Shown here: piece after piece, positions 23,901-35,943 of the stretch
Layout: each line of letters opens with the position of its first letter
How positions within the stretch are numbered: the first letter of the stretch is position 1
Assembly: GCF_902652985.1 (NCBI RefSeq)
Contig: NC_047027.1
Location: forward strand, 12,090,001 to 12,154,000
Length of the DNA: 64,000 bases
From: Pecten maximus
Taxonomy: Eukaryota
Direction: 5' to 3'
Made by a program: the position numbers and the translations under genes
The notes under the pieces: model-generated
The model's input: only the letters and a program-made list of their open reading frames with translations
Told to the model about the DNA's origin: nothing
The model's database searches: none

Positions 23901-26409
23901 CGACGACCTTTGTAAGCCTCGGATTTACCGCGCGGATAACATTCATTCACTGAAAAATCGGTGTGAATACTCAAATATATTTGCTGAATTATTTCGTTCA
24001 ATATTTCATACTATTCCTAAAAGTGCAATGTCAAAATTTATTTTATTGTATCAATTATTCATGCCTTAATATACCCATTCCAATAAAACGCTAAAAACAC
24101 TCGTTCCCGGTAAGAGTAATTGGTGATTTGAAGCATAGCATCAGCGGTGGTCAACTCGCATTTAGTTGACTCATTCCAACATAACACCCGTGAATACTGG
24201 AAAATGAAAATATTGATATGATTCTAAAACTAACCATTTAAAAAAGTACAAAGAAAAATGATGAGTGCACAATCATCTGTCAGAGGGAAATTTGTACCTA
24301 GCGCGTTTAACTAATAGATAAGATGAAAAAAGAGCAACAACACCCAAAGATATGTCTGTGGAAGCTTAAGATGATAACTTTGCCCAGGAACAGAAATAGA
24401 AAAAGTGATAGTGATAAAAAAAATACAGAAGAATGAACATACAGGATTAAATACAGTCGGCATGATTCCATCCATGGTGGTTAAACACGATGGATGACAC
24501 AGGAGGTTCAATAGTCCCCTAGTTCAATTGATTTGATTATTTTCAATATCGGATTTCTAAAGAACGTTAAAACATGTACACGACACATATTTCTAATTTT
24601 ATTGCAGAGAAAAGTCTTTTTAGCCTTGCAGTGATTTGGTCGAGGAAATATCGAGTTTTTTTTGTTTTTCGGGTTTTTTTGTTTTTGTTTTTGTTTTTGT
24701 TTTTTTTTCATGGCTACCCAATCTACCATGAACAATGGTAAACTTGATTTATTTTAGGTCAATTGCGAAACAAGTTATACAATCTATTATCAATCACTGA
24801 CGAAAACACAATGTGCCAAATACAACTAGGACATATTAAGAACACTCCGTGCACGTGATAAAACGTGATTTCGACGTCCCTTCCTGGTTAATATGTGATG
24901 CTTTCTTGGCAGAAAGATCTGAAGAGTTTCTAATTTGAATATAACTATTGTTACGGTTTTCCCAGCCATTGTATTATATCAACGCCCGCTTCCTGCATGT
25001 TATTCTACCAAATGAGGAATATATACTAAAATTTCTTGTTTCCATATAATTATGACCATTAGTATCGATATTTTGCACTAATAAACATCGACATTAATCA
25101 GAATGAAAGTTGAATATGTTACCTGCACAGGACAAAGAAGCAGTCGACCATTTCCCATTGTCCTGACAAATCTCCACGGGACAAAAATCGATCTCCGACT
25201 CCCGGAGACCAGTCAGGAGAGTGGCACAGCTGTACCTAATAATTGACCCGGGGGTACGACTGAACGGCACGAGGGGAGATAAGGTCAAACACGTGTCATC
25301 TGTTGTCACTGTCAGACGGGACTCCCCGCAATCTGTAATAACGCAAACGTGATATATCAAGTATTAAATACTGATACAGATATGTAATAACGGAAACGTG
25401 ACATACATGTATATCAACTATTACATACTGACACAGATCTGTAGTAACGGAAACGTGGCAAATAGTCACCTGGTGTTAGCTATTCATGTACAGATTCTTA
25501 AACGCTTAAATTGCGTAGATCAGTCCTTTTTTTTTTTATAAAAATGGCGCCGTCAAGTTGACGTGGAGTAATCTTACAAAGACACGACGTCATGAATTAG
25601 TTAACTGATTCCCGCGTTTTTTTATCAAAACTATACTGTACTAATTTAAAATGTTTTTAATATTTTGTTGATGAATGCGAAAATTTTCCGTTTGATAAAA
25701 CATATATTTCACTCGTATAACATAATACTTTGATTTTTTCATTGGTGCTTCGCACTCGTGAAAGCATCGATAGTCTGTCATACTTGTGAAATACATATAT
25801 GTTTTATCAAACGGGAAACCATTCAATATCCTCTATATATTCTTGTGCAATCATTTACAATTTTCCTTTTTAAAGTAACAGGGTCTGCGATATTCAGGTG
25901 AAAAATAATTACTTTTGTTATCATATCTCGACCTATAATAGTTATATAACCGAATGAGAAGGCTTTGTGATGTAAACTTACAGATTTGAAAACTTGAAAG
26001 TTAGTTTTGATGCAAAAAAAGTCCTTAACTTGATACAATTTGAAATAATTATAAAATATTACTCAGCTGTAACATCACCTCAAAACATTCACTTGTATAT
26101 AAAATTGTATACTTAATTGGGAGGATGTGGGTGTATGTTTATGGACTTATAAGCCTTCCAAAATTTTTACCCTAAATGCGATAGAAACTTTTATACGTTT
26201 TTTTTCCATATCACACCATATAGTTACAAACACGCATATATACAATGTATATATCTCAGATCTTAGGCGCTTATGGAAACATAGTTAGTTCAGTACAATA
26301 ACTGCATTAATTTATCTCTGTAATAAATTATTAACTTACCGATGCTGCTTACAAGTCTACATATTCCTGATGTAAACATTCCAAAAAGAATCCGAAGATA
26401 CCCGTCCAT
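14399..26409 (-). CDS. Secreted mosaic protein: signal peptide - Sushi-like - Kringle - Sushi-like - Kringle - Ser/Thr-rich stalk - PAN/Apple-like (gene span, 6 coding exons)
   Basis: join(26340-26409, 25123-25332, 23728-23949, 18454-18672, 17366-17617, 14399-16627). All introns are GT-AG and phase 1. A 1-nt frameshift near 14961-14989 gives 880 aa as assembled, or about 1066 aa if corrected. Confidence 0.8.
14958..16627 (-). CDS. Exon 6, Ser/Thr-rich mucin-like stalk
   Basis: Acceptor taattacag at 16628. The frame is open from 16627, continuous with the 339-aa ORF, to TGA at 14958. Confidence 0.8.
16100..16480 (-). repeat. Coding 36-bp tandem repeat (STTVLHSNDQQI)
   Basis: About 10 in-frame copies within exon 6. 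Confidence 0.9.
17366..17617 (-). CDS. Exon 5, Kringle domain 2
   Basis: ECYEAGRSHEYKGHRSCTSSGRQCQAW...YCRDPD..GTPWCFTLDPEIEWEDCSVDLC, bounded by tttttag and gtaaat. Confidence 0.92.
18454..18672 (-). CDS. Exon 4, Sushi/CCP-like domain 2
   Basis: GSSIHFRC...CPVQVCQTNGRWS...SC. Paralogous to exon 2. An alternative in-frame acceptor would start the exon at 18663. Confidence 0.85.
19572..19660 (+). mobile_element. Tc1/mariner-pogo-type MITE terminus (one end only)
   Basis: TA-cagtgtaacttcgttaactcgaagtcg...cttcgagttatccgag...ttcgaattaagcgagtt. Confidence 0.5.
20118..20295 (-). mobile_element. 3' half of the SINE family seen at 48404-48796
   Basis: gtcatttaaggacggcctcc...tgcatgcgtgtggtga...gcggtatgttcgtg...tagtgctacatcactgaag is the reverse complement of the SINE 3' half. 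Confidence 0.75.
20340..20805. repeat. ~73-bp tandem repeat, about 6 copies
   Basis: gagttaaacgaaaataaaacttaaacaatgacaaaataaggacaaaacttagatcagagattcatatggacga. Confidence 0.95.
21530..22010 (+). repeat. 72-bp tandem repeat (about 5.5 copies) ending in a SINE tail
   Basis: Unit ctcatccctaacaaatactcacacacacatacatcacacatgtatatctcgaatgctaagtgagtcaattac. It runs into ccgtcctaaatgacctcaactgttgacaggttgttaaac. Confidence 0.9.
23728..23949 (-). CDS. Exon 3, Kringle domain 1
   Basis: ECYPRGKSEAYKGRRKCTVNGHACEIW...YCRDPGGEKGAPWC...WEFCDVPIC, bounded by ttttcag and gtatca. Confidence 0.92.
25123..25332 (-). CDS. Exon 2, Sushi/CCP-like domain 1
   Basis: DCGES...PGSIIRYSC...FCPVEICQDNGKWSTASLSCA, bounded by ttacag and gtaaca. 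Confidence 0.87.
26340..26409 (-). CDS. Exon 1, signal peptide
   Basis: MDGYLRILFGMFTSGICRLVSSI followed by G|gtaagt. Phase 1 matches exon 2. Confidence 0.7.
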
Positions 26410-27753
26410 ATCTGCAACATATGTTTAATGTGTGCATTGGACTGGAACTGGTTTTGACAACCTTTGCACTACAGGCTTTGACAAGGACGTGTCATAGTTG
26501 GTTGGTTACCTTTGTCATATGGTTCTGGCGAGATCCACCCAGAAACAGTTCTTAAAAGGGAAAGGTTTAATGCTATTGGATTATAACGATCTCTTCAGAA
26601 AAATAAGATTCTAAAAAAGAAAACTCTTCCAAATAGTCTGAAATCATTCTACATCAGCCAAGTCCAATCCGTTGATAATGATTTACAAGCAGTGTAAAGA
26701 GTCGTGTGTATGGTAAGTTTATGTATCACCTGAACAGGTTAATGTTGATTGGTTCCGCTCTCCATATAACACCTGGTCATTACCGTAGTTATAGTGTATC
26801 AAGCCAATCGACATTTCAATTAATTAAATCTTGTATTCTAGCTTTAATTGTTTGATCAAGCGAAATGAGGCGTTAATTAAAGTAATAAATAGATATTACC
26901 CGTCTACTGTAAAACAATATTTACATGTGTACTAAGCAGTCTAGTAAAGTTATATGTTAATTTCCAAGATTACTCACAATCAGTATAAAATTCTGCGCCT
27001 TCAGCACAAGATTGCAGTTTTATTATGATGTATTCGGTAATCACACTAAATTACAATATAAAGACTGGGTAATATCAATCTGACTGACCTGAACGCCGGT
27101 GGTCATGTAACTTGAATGCTTAGAGCGTCGATCTGGAATGCGAAGTCCCGGTCATGATTAGGTCGTTAATTTTTACCTTTCATGTTACACTTAAACATAG
27201 TACGTACATGTAGCATTTATCAATCATGGTTTCAATTCCGAGAAGAGGAACTTAAGCTCCCTCAATCGAGACCAAATTCAAAATAATCAACGAGGTTGAA
27301 AGGGAGACGAGGGCGCTATGTTGATATATACATGTATATGTGCTGTTGGTTCTTGTCACTTTCAACAAAAGGACACGTCGAAATAATCTTAAATGGTATT
27401 TAATGTTAAAGAAGTATCACAATGCACATAGAACAAGCAGGATGCAAACATATACCCTTTTAATGTTGAATTCAAGATGGCTAAACCAAACTCCTTTATG
27501 AATTTCGGACCCAAAGAGATGACTGCTGTAGTTTAATTACATCCGTACCACCCTACGTACCTGGGATTAACTTAGTCTAGATTACGTCGACCTATCCTAG
27601 TGTCTTTAGAATATTTGCAGAAGTTTTTTTTTATAAAAAAATATACCCCTATTGTACATGTGTTATACATCGCGTAGAGGTATTATTTTCATCAAATCTT
27701 CATCTATAGACGTCTTAAACAATTCTAAAGAGACTAGTATTGGTCCAAATATA

Positions 27754-27899
27754 TGAGGACTGTAATTAATCTCCTGGTCCCTTTGTTAATGAGAAGATAA
27801 CTGTGAGGACTGTAATTAATCTCCCGGTTCCTTTGTTAATGAGAAGATAAATGTGAGGAAAAATTAATCTTCAGGTCCCTTTGTTAATGAGAAGATGAA
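27754..27899. repeat. ~50-bp tandem repeat x3
   Basis: tgaggactgtaattaatctcctggtccctttgttaatgagaagata. Confidence 0.88.
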
Positions 27900-27901
27900 T
27901 T

Positions 27902-28350
27902 GTATGGGGCGTCATTTTACTATTTATTCCCATTTGGTGATATCACCTATTCGTTTCATTAAGTGATATCACCCATTCGAATAGGTGATATCACTCATTC
28001 GAATAGGTGATATCATTTATTGAAACGAATAGGTGATATCACCAATTCGAATCGGTGATATCACTCATTCGAATAGGTGATATCACTTAATGAAACGAAT
28101 AAGTGATATCACCAATTCGAATAGGTGATATCACCTATTCGAATAAGTGATATCACTTTAGAATCAATACAAACGACTGCTCCCAAATAAGACATGTTAC
28201 ACATGATGGAATTGGGGAGCATACAGTTTTCCAAATTTCAAAAGTGATATCACCTATTCGAATGGGTGATATCACTTAAGAATATTTTTAAGTGATGTCA
28301 CCTATTCCAATTGGTGATATTACCTATTCGAATGAGTGATATCACCTAGT
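27902..28350. mobile_element. MITE-like element(s) filled with ggtgatatcacc palindromes
   Basis: Starts gtatggggcgtcatttt, with a degenerate inverted end aaacgactgctcccaaata near 28171-28189. About 17 GTGATATCAC-type units. Confidence 0.65.
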
Positions 28351-28493
28351 AGTACAAAAGTACCGGTTCTGGCACAGGGTCATCAGGTGCACTCCCCTAT
28401 ATAATCCTTACCACCTCCCTGTCACCTCCCTGGCACCCCCCTTCGAGAGGGGGTTACCGATGACGTGACAGATGGAGGGTTATCCAGTGCAGT

Positions 28494-28833
28494 GCGGTAT
28501 AATAAAGTTCTCATAGATGCTTTACTATGGACGAATTTCAGAAAATTTCCTAAGAAAGGTTGATGACACTAATTGACACACTGTCATATTGACAAGCTAC
28601 ACAGCAAGATTGGATGGTAAAGACATATTTTATTGTTAATGAATCTTTCTAATGATTTCAAACCTAACAATCTGCATCACTTCTCTCACAATGTAATTAC
28701 AATGTCACATAAACAAATTCTCATATTCATGACCACCTTGGCACCATTGCACCTGTTTTGTACTGATCAATGATTTAATTCAATTTTATCTATATTTTAT
28801 GAGTTTTTGTAATGAAGCCTGATGGAGTTATTA
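28494..28833 (+). repeat. 340-bp direct repeat, copy 1
   Basis: About 97% identical to 30026-30365 (about 9 substitutions by eye). Confidence 0.93.
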
Positions 28834-28841
28834 AAAGAAAA

Positions 28842-29411
28842 TTAGAGATATCTGCAATTACTTTGCAATACAGATATCTCTATTTCAAATACAGATATCA
28901 CTATTTGAATTAAAAATATCTGTATTTGAAATAGCGATATCTGTATTGCAAAGTAATTGCAGATATCTCTATTTAAAATAGAGATATCTTTAATTGAATT
29001 AGAGATATCTGTATTTGAATTAGATATCTGCATTTAAAATGAAGACATCTCTATTTAAACAAAATTAAAGATATCTCTATTTAAAATAGGGATATCTTTA
29101 ATTCAAATAGAGATATCTCTATTTAAAATAAAGATATCTCAATTACAATTAAAGATATATGTAATTCAAATAGAGATATCTGAATTTGAAATAGAGATAT
29201 CTGTAATTTAAAAGAAGATATCTCTATTATCAGTAGAAATAGAGATATCTGTATTTAAATTAGACATATCTTTATTTAAATAGAGATATCTTTATTTAAA
29301 TTACAGATATCTCTAATTGAATAGAGATATCTTCATTTTAAATAGAGATATCTTTAATTAAATAGAGATATCTTCATTTCAATAGGTAAAAACCCAAACG
29401 GCTTGCCATAC
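28842..29411. mobile_element. MITE remnant filled with agatatct palindromes, ending aaacggcttgccata
   Basis: About 25 (g)agatatct(c) units, with a terminus of the ...CCATAC type. Confidence 0.65.
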
Positions 29412-29489
29412 GCTTCACCTCCTGATCTTGCGACCTCGACTTTAGGTCGAGATTGCGAGGTCGCGAGATTGCCCTAACCGGCTACCATA

Positions 29490-30035
29490 CAAAACACATC
29501 CACTACACAGGGGAGATCATCCCTAATTCCCATGTACACCAAATTTGGTCAGAATCGGCCTACGACTGAATTTCGACCAATCAAAGTCAATGTTGAGTCT
29601 TCAATGTGGTTGCCATGACAACACAAGCTAAACATTGTTCTGGATCCCCTTATATCCATGTAGAACAAATTTGTTCGAAATTAGCCAATATCTAGATTGC
29701 CCAGTCAGAAGCTAGGATTGCCTTGCTACGATAAAAGTTTTGGAAATAGCTTTGTTATGTTATACCATATGACCAAGGCTGAATAAAATTTGTGAATGAC
29801 TGCAGCGTTATGGTATAATCTAAAAACCTGGTTATAATGACCAATTACCTCGACAAACAAAATTCATATGAAACAAAAGTCAAATGCACATCTACAAATC
29901 ATTCTTCACATTTGGTTTAAGTTTCATTGAAATTGGTTCACAAGTTCAGTAAGAGTTGTCCGGACAACATTTACGGTCGACATGGAGACAGACAGGGTAC
30001 AGACCCACATCCAGCTTCATTTCGAGCGGTATAAT
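29490..30035 (+). mobile_element. HINE-like element fragment
   Basis: Shares caccaaattt...aatcgg...aatttcgaccaatc with 8893-9495. The 3' end is gacagacagg...gcggtataat. Confidence 0.45.
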
Positions 30036-30365
30036 AAAGTTCTCATAGATGCTTTACTATGGACACATTTCAGAAAATTTCCTAAGAAAGGTTGATGACA
30101 CTAATTGACACACTGCCATATTGACAAGCTACACAGCAAGATTGGATGGTAAATACATATTTTATTGTTAATGAATCTTTCTAATGATTTCAAACCTAAC
30201 AATCTGTATCACTTCTCTCACAATGTAATTACAATGTCACATAAACAAATTCTCATATTCATGACCACCTTGGCACCATTGCACCTGTTTTGTACTGATC
30301 AATGATTTAATTCAATTTTATTTACATTTTATGAGTTTTTGTATTGAAGCCTGATGGGGTTATTA
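30026..30365 (+). repeat. 340-bp direct repeat, copy 2
   Basis: Offset 1532 bp from copy 1. Confidence 0.93.
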
Positions 30366-31011
30366 TAAGCCTTTATCAAAGCTTCATAGAAAGCAACATT
30401 AGAGCACTAGCTTCATATCTACAGATGAACAATTCTGGTCTGAAAGGGGATTGGTTCTGTTTTGTTTTACCATCAACAATAGTTATAGGTACTGCGAGGG
30501 AAGTTAACGTAACACTCATTAACAATACATGTATACTGGTTTTATTAAATTTCTGAAAAATACAGAGATTACACTTACAACAGCCTGAAGTAACTGTCAA
30601 GAATGACCACTACTGGTTTACTATTAACTTCCAGGAGGATTTATACTAATCTTAATGTTGGCAGATTATCATTATTATCATTTGTTTTGTTTATTACATT
30701 GTACAAGATTTACAAATATACATAGTACTGTGTCGGATCAAACAAAGTCTTTCTGAAGCGACCTCTTCCCTACAAAGAGGGAATTCAAATTAAGAATATT
30801 ACTGTTGTACACAAAAACTTTTCATAATCATCATTACAAGTTCCTTTTTCTCCATTGTGAAAAAATTAACCAAAAAGAAAAATACACATATGCATATGAT
30901 GGATAAACATTCGTCGAACTTTTAGAAAATGTTCGATGAAATAAATTGTGACTAGAAATGTGTAGGAGGAGAACTATGTCAGGACCATGTCACTAAATTA
31001 TGGATGGTCAG

Positions 31012-33489
31012 CAACTCTGACTAGGACTAGTTCAGATTCCAGTGTTTGTAGGGCAGATTCAACAACTCTGACTAGGACTGGTTCAGATTCCAGTGTTTGT
31101 AGGTCAGATTCAACAACTCTGACTAGGACTAGTTCAGATTCCAGTGTTTGTAGGTCAGATTCAACAACTCTCACTAGGACTGGTTCAGATTCCAGTGTTT
31201 GTAGGTCAGATTCAACAACTCTGACTAGGACTGGTTCAGATTCCAGTGTTTGTAGGTCAGATTCAACAACTCTGACTAGGACTGGTTCAGATTCCAGTGT
31301 TTGTAGGTCAGATTCAACAACTCTGACTAGGACTGGTTCAGATTCCAGTGTTTGTAGGTCAGATTCAACAACTCTGACTAGGACTGGTTCAGATTCCAGT
31401 GTTTGTAGGGCAGATTCAACAACTCTGACTAGGACTAGTTCAGATTCCAGTGTTTGTAGGTCAGATTCAACAACTCTCACTAGGACTGGTTCAGATTCCA
31501 GTGTTTGTAGGGCAGATTCAACAACTCTGACTAGGACTGGTTCAGATTCCAGTGTTTGTAGGGCAGATTCAACAACTCTGACTAGGACTGGTTCAGATTC
31601 CAGTGTTTGTAGGTCAGATTCAACAACTCTCACTAGGACTGGTTCAGATTCCAGTGTTTGTAGGGCAGATTCAACAACACTGACTAGGACTGGTTCAGAT
31701 TCCAGTGTTTGTAGGTCAGATTCAACAACTCTGACTAGGACTGGTTCAGATTCCAGTGTTTGTAGGGTAGATTCAACAACTCTGACTAGGACTGGTTCAG
31801 ATTCCAGTGTTTGTAGGTCAGATTCAACAACTCTGACTAGGACTGGTTTAGATTCCAGTGTTTGTAGGTCAGATTCAACAACTCTGACTAGGACTAGTTC
31901 AGATTCCAGTGTTTGTAGGTCAGATTCAACAACTCTGTCTAGAACTAGTTCAGATTCCAGTGTTTGTAGGGCAGATTCAACAACTCTGACTAGGACTAGT
32001 TCAGATTCCAGTGTTTGTAGGGAAGATTCAACAACTCTGACTAGGAATAGTTCAGATTCCAGTGTTTGTAGGTCAGATTCAACAACTCTGACTAGGACTA
32101 GTTCAGATTCCAGTGTTTGTAGGGCAGATTCCAGTGTTTGTAGGGCAGATTCAACAACTCTGACTAGGACTAGTTCAGATTCCAGTGTTTGTAGGGCAGA
32201 TTCAACAACTCTAGGACTAGTTCAGATTCCAGTGTTTGTAGGTCAGATTCAACAACTCTGACTAGGACTGGTTCAGATTCCAGTGTTTGTAGGTCAGATT
32301 CAACAACTCTGACTAGGACTAGTTCAGATTCCAGTGTTTGTAGGTCAGATTCAACAACTCTGACTAGGACTGGTTCAGATTCCAGTGTTTGTAGGTCAGA
32401 TTCAACAACTCTCACTAGGACTAGTTCAGATTCCAGTGTTTGTAGGTCAGATTCAACAACTCTGACTAGGACTAGTTCAGATTCCAGTGTTTGTAGGGCA
32501 GATTCAACAACTCTAGGACTGGTTCAGATTCCAGTGTTTGTAGGTCAGATTCAACAACTCTGACTAGGACTGGTTCAGATTCCAGTGTTTGTAGGTCAGA
32601 TTCAACAACTCTGACTAGGACTGGTTCAGATTCCAGTGTTTGTAGGTCAGATTCAACAACTCTAGGACTAGTTCAGATTCCAGTGTTTGTAGGTCAGATT
32701 CAACAACTCTGACTAGGACTGGTTCAGATTCCAGTGTTTGTAGGGCAGATTCAACAACTCTCACTAGGACTGGTTCAGATTCCAGTGTTTGTAGGTCAGA
32801 TTCCAGTGTTTGTAGGGCAGATTCCAGTGTTTGTAGGGCAGATTCAACAACTCTGACTAGGACTGGTTCAGATTCCAGTGTTTGTAGGGCAGATTCAACA
32901 ACTCTGACTAGGACTAGTTCAGATTCCAGTGTTTGTAGGTCAGATTCAACAACACTGACTAGGACTGGTTCAGATTCCAGTGTTTGTAGGGCAGATTCAA
33001 CAACACTGACTAGGACTAGTTCAGATTCCAGTGTTTGTAGGTCAGATTCAACAACTCTGACTAGGACTAGTTCAGATTCCAGTGTTTGTAGGTCAGATTC
33101 AACAACTCTGACTAGGACTGGTTCAGATTCCAGTGTTTGTAGGTCAGATTCAACAACACTGACTAGGACTGGTTCAGATTCCAGTGTTTGTAGGTCAGAT
33201 TCCAGTGTTTGTAGGGCAGATTCAACAACTCTGACTAGGACTAGTTCAGATTCCAGTGTTTGTAGGTCAGATTCAACTCTCACTAGGACTGGTTCAGATT
33301 CCAGTGTTTGTAGGTCAGATTCCAGTGTTTGTAGGTCAGATTCAACAACTCTGACTAGGACTAGTTCAGAATCCAGTGTTTGTAGGTCAGATTCCAGTGT
33401 TTGTAGGTCAGATTCCAGTGTTTGTAGGTCAGATTCAACAACTCTGACTAGGACTGGTTCAGATTCCAGTGTTTGTAGGGCAGATTCAA
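31012..33489. repeat. 51-bp satellite (21-bp + 30-bp subunits), about 48 units
   Basis: cagattccagtgtttgtaggt + cagattcaacaactctgactaggactggtt. Confidence 0.97.
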
Positions 33490-35791
33490 GCTTCAAAATG
33501 ACTGGGTTCAACACTGAACATTGTCACACCCTTACACATTTCTAAACCATGTTTTAGCACCTAAATGACCCTGGTTTCATTCATGCTTCTGAATTTAAAG
33601 AAATCCCTAAACTTAAAATTTCCCACTTGAAAGCATTATTGAACTGAAGGAAAAATTATGAGTTAAAAATAACCTGAAGTTTGATATGTAATGCTTTACC
33701 ATGGAAAATTTAAGTAAAAGATTTTTTATAAAACTGGGGCCTGATGATATTCTGTAGTACATCAAAGGTAAGTTGTTTATTTGTTTCATCAGTTGGTACT
33801 ACTGTTGATGGTAACAAAAGAAACAGTTAATTGAAACAATGTATGCCTCCTGTGATCATATTGTGTATTTCTCTTTAAAAAGGACATTCCTTCGTTTGAA
33901 GTGTGTCACCATAATGAAACTTTAATTAATGGGAAATGTGTATTTTACCCCCCCCCCCCCCCCCAAGTACAAAAAAAAAAATTGTAAAAATTATAATCTT
34001 TGCATTAATATGGCAGATTTACTCTTAAGGGAAACCAAAGTTCTTTAAGTATTAAATCATAAGAATTCTCAATTTGACCCAAGTACATTTTGGGGTTACT
34101 TTCATTTCTGGTAGGCACAAAAACTTTTATAATCCTCATTTGTACATTGATTTTATGAATAGAATTTTGCACATTTCTGATGTCCGAACGAACAAATGCC
34201 CCTTTATCAATAATAGTTCATATCCCCATTGAAATTATGTTATATTTTTTCTGTTCTCAAAAATTGTAAATTGTTCTTAGAAACTTGCTTTCCAATTAAT
34301 CAGTGTCCCATATATGGGACAAAAAAGTCTCCTCGAAAGTTGACTTTTTTTTTTATTAAATCAGGATTTCTTGATATTTATGAAGTACAATGTATTAGAT
34401 TCAGGATTCAAAACAAACAAAACAACATGTATTTCCTCAACATTGCTAGAAAGGACAATTATGTTTTTATTCTGGTTCGTCATGATTTTGTACAGTTTTA
34501 GTAAAACAATCATTCTATCATGGCCACATAACATACAATGTAACTACAAACAGGATGAAAAAGGGAAGAAAAACAGAAAATTAATTGTATATCGCAATGA
34601 TCGAGCTTTATGATACAGTATTTGTAAAGAAATATCTACATCCTGTATTGCTAATAAGATTTTCTCCTAAAATACATGTAGGAATTTAAACACCATACGT
34701 TATAGAGAATCACATCACCATTAACAATATTTCTGTTATATAATTCAAAAGTAAGTAGGAATTCAAAATCTATATTCTGGATATAGTCACACAAAGATCC
34801 CTTCCTACACACACACCCACACACACAAACTCAGGAAGTTTCAACTCTAACAGTAGCTATATACTTTACACCTTAACATTGATATGAAGTCTAAATCTTG
34901 GTACGTTTTTCACTATACTGATGAGCATTGCTTTTTAGGTGATTTTATGATTAATGATGTACAATTACTGAAATATTTTCCAGTTAATCAGACAGTTCAT
35001 TACCTGAGAAGGGGTACTTCTCGATAGCAATGGAAATATCATCATACAAGGTTGATGAAACTGTTTTATTATAACATTTTTATAGACTTTACCATGTGAA
35101 TTACAGAACAGAAAAACACAGATTACTGGATTTCACCTGTGATGTACATACCCAACAGGGTTTTGGACCATTATATTAACCCTGTGTGTATCGACTCTGA
35201 AGATTTCATTGTATCAATGCAATATATTCATAGGGCTATATATATTTCCTAAAAGAAGCTGTCTACCAATATCTGTGGTTGATAATTGGACTTATTGTTA
35301 ACTATGATGTGACTCTTGTTTCCCTCCACCTCATTTATAGTTACTGGTCTAATGGAATTGGAAATACCTGTAATACACATTCACTTTGTTTTGTTTATCT
35401 AAACCTGAAAAACCTCTCCTACAAATAACAAGGATCATTGACAGAGATCATTTCATTACAAACATAATAAACAAATCTGCTTACATTGAAAGAAAGACAT
35501 TTTATTGATTTAAAATCTGCTTATCCAAACGTTTGTTTTTCCCGAATATCTATGAAACAGTAAAAATTAGTGTAATTTAACAAAGAGTTCTTGACAACTT
35601 ATCATTCACCATTCAAAAGGCATTAGGATAATTTTTGAAATGAAAAAAAACCCTTAATTTTCAAGAAAATTTTCACCACTGAAAGACAAATGTACAAGTA
35701 TGTGTGGTGTTCGCCCGACATGAACAATTGTGATAAATGATAGATTAATGAGAACAATAAGCTGGATCTAGTAAAATCATTATCTTGTTTA

Positions 35792-35943
35792 GGTTGGTCA
35801 TGTGACAGAGTGGTAACACACTTGCCTTTCACCTGTAGGTGACCAGGGTTAGATTCCCTAATAGGACATGGAAATGTATGGGATCACCTACCCGACCACG
35901 ACCAGGTGGGTTTTACCAAGGTACTCTGGTTTTCTCCCACAGT
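35792..35943 (+). mobile_element. tRNA-derived SINE (V-domain-like)
   Basis: gtgacagagtggtaacacacttgcctttcacc...gggttagattccc...gtgggttttaccaaggtactctggttttctcccaca. Homologous to 7688-7832. Confidence 0.7.

Noticed and set aside
30987-33514. Long ORFs (424, 211 and 299 aa) on both strands
   Set aside because: They are by-products of a 51-bp satellite, broken by 5-bp deletions, with no splice context or domain
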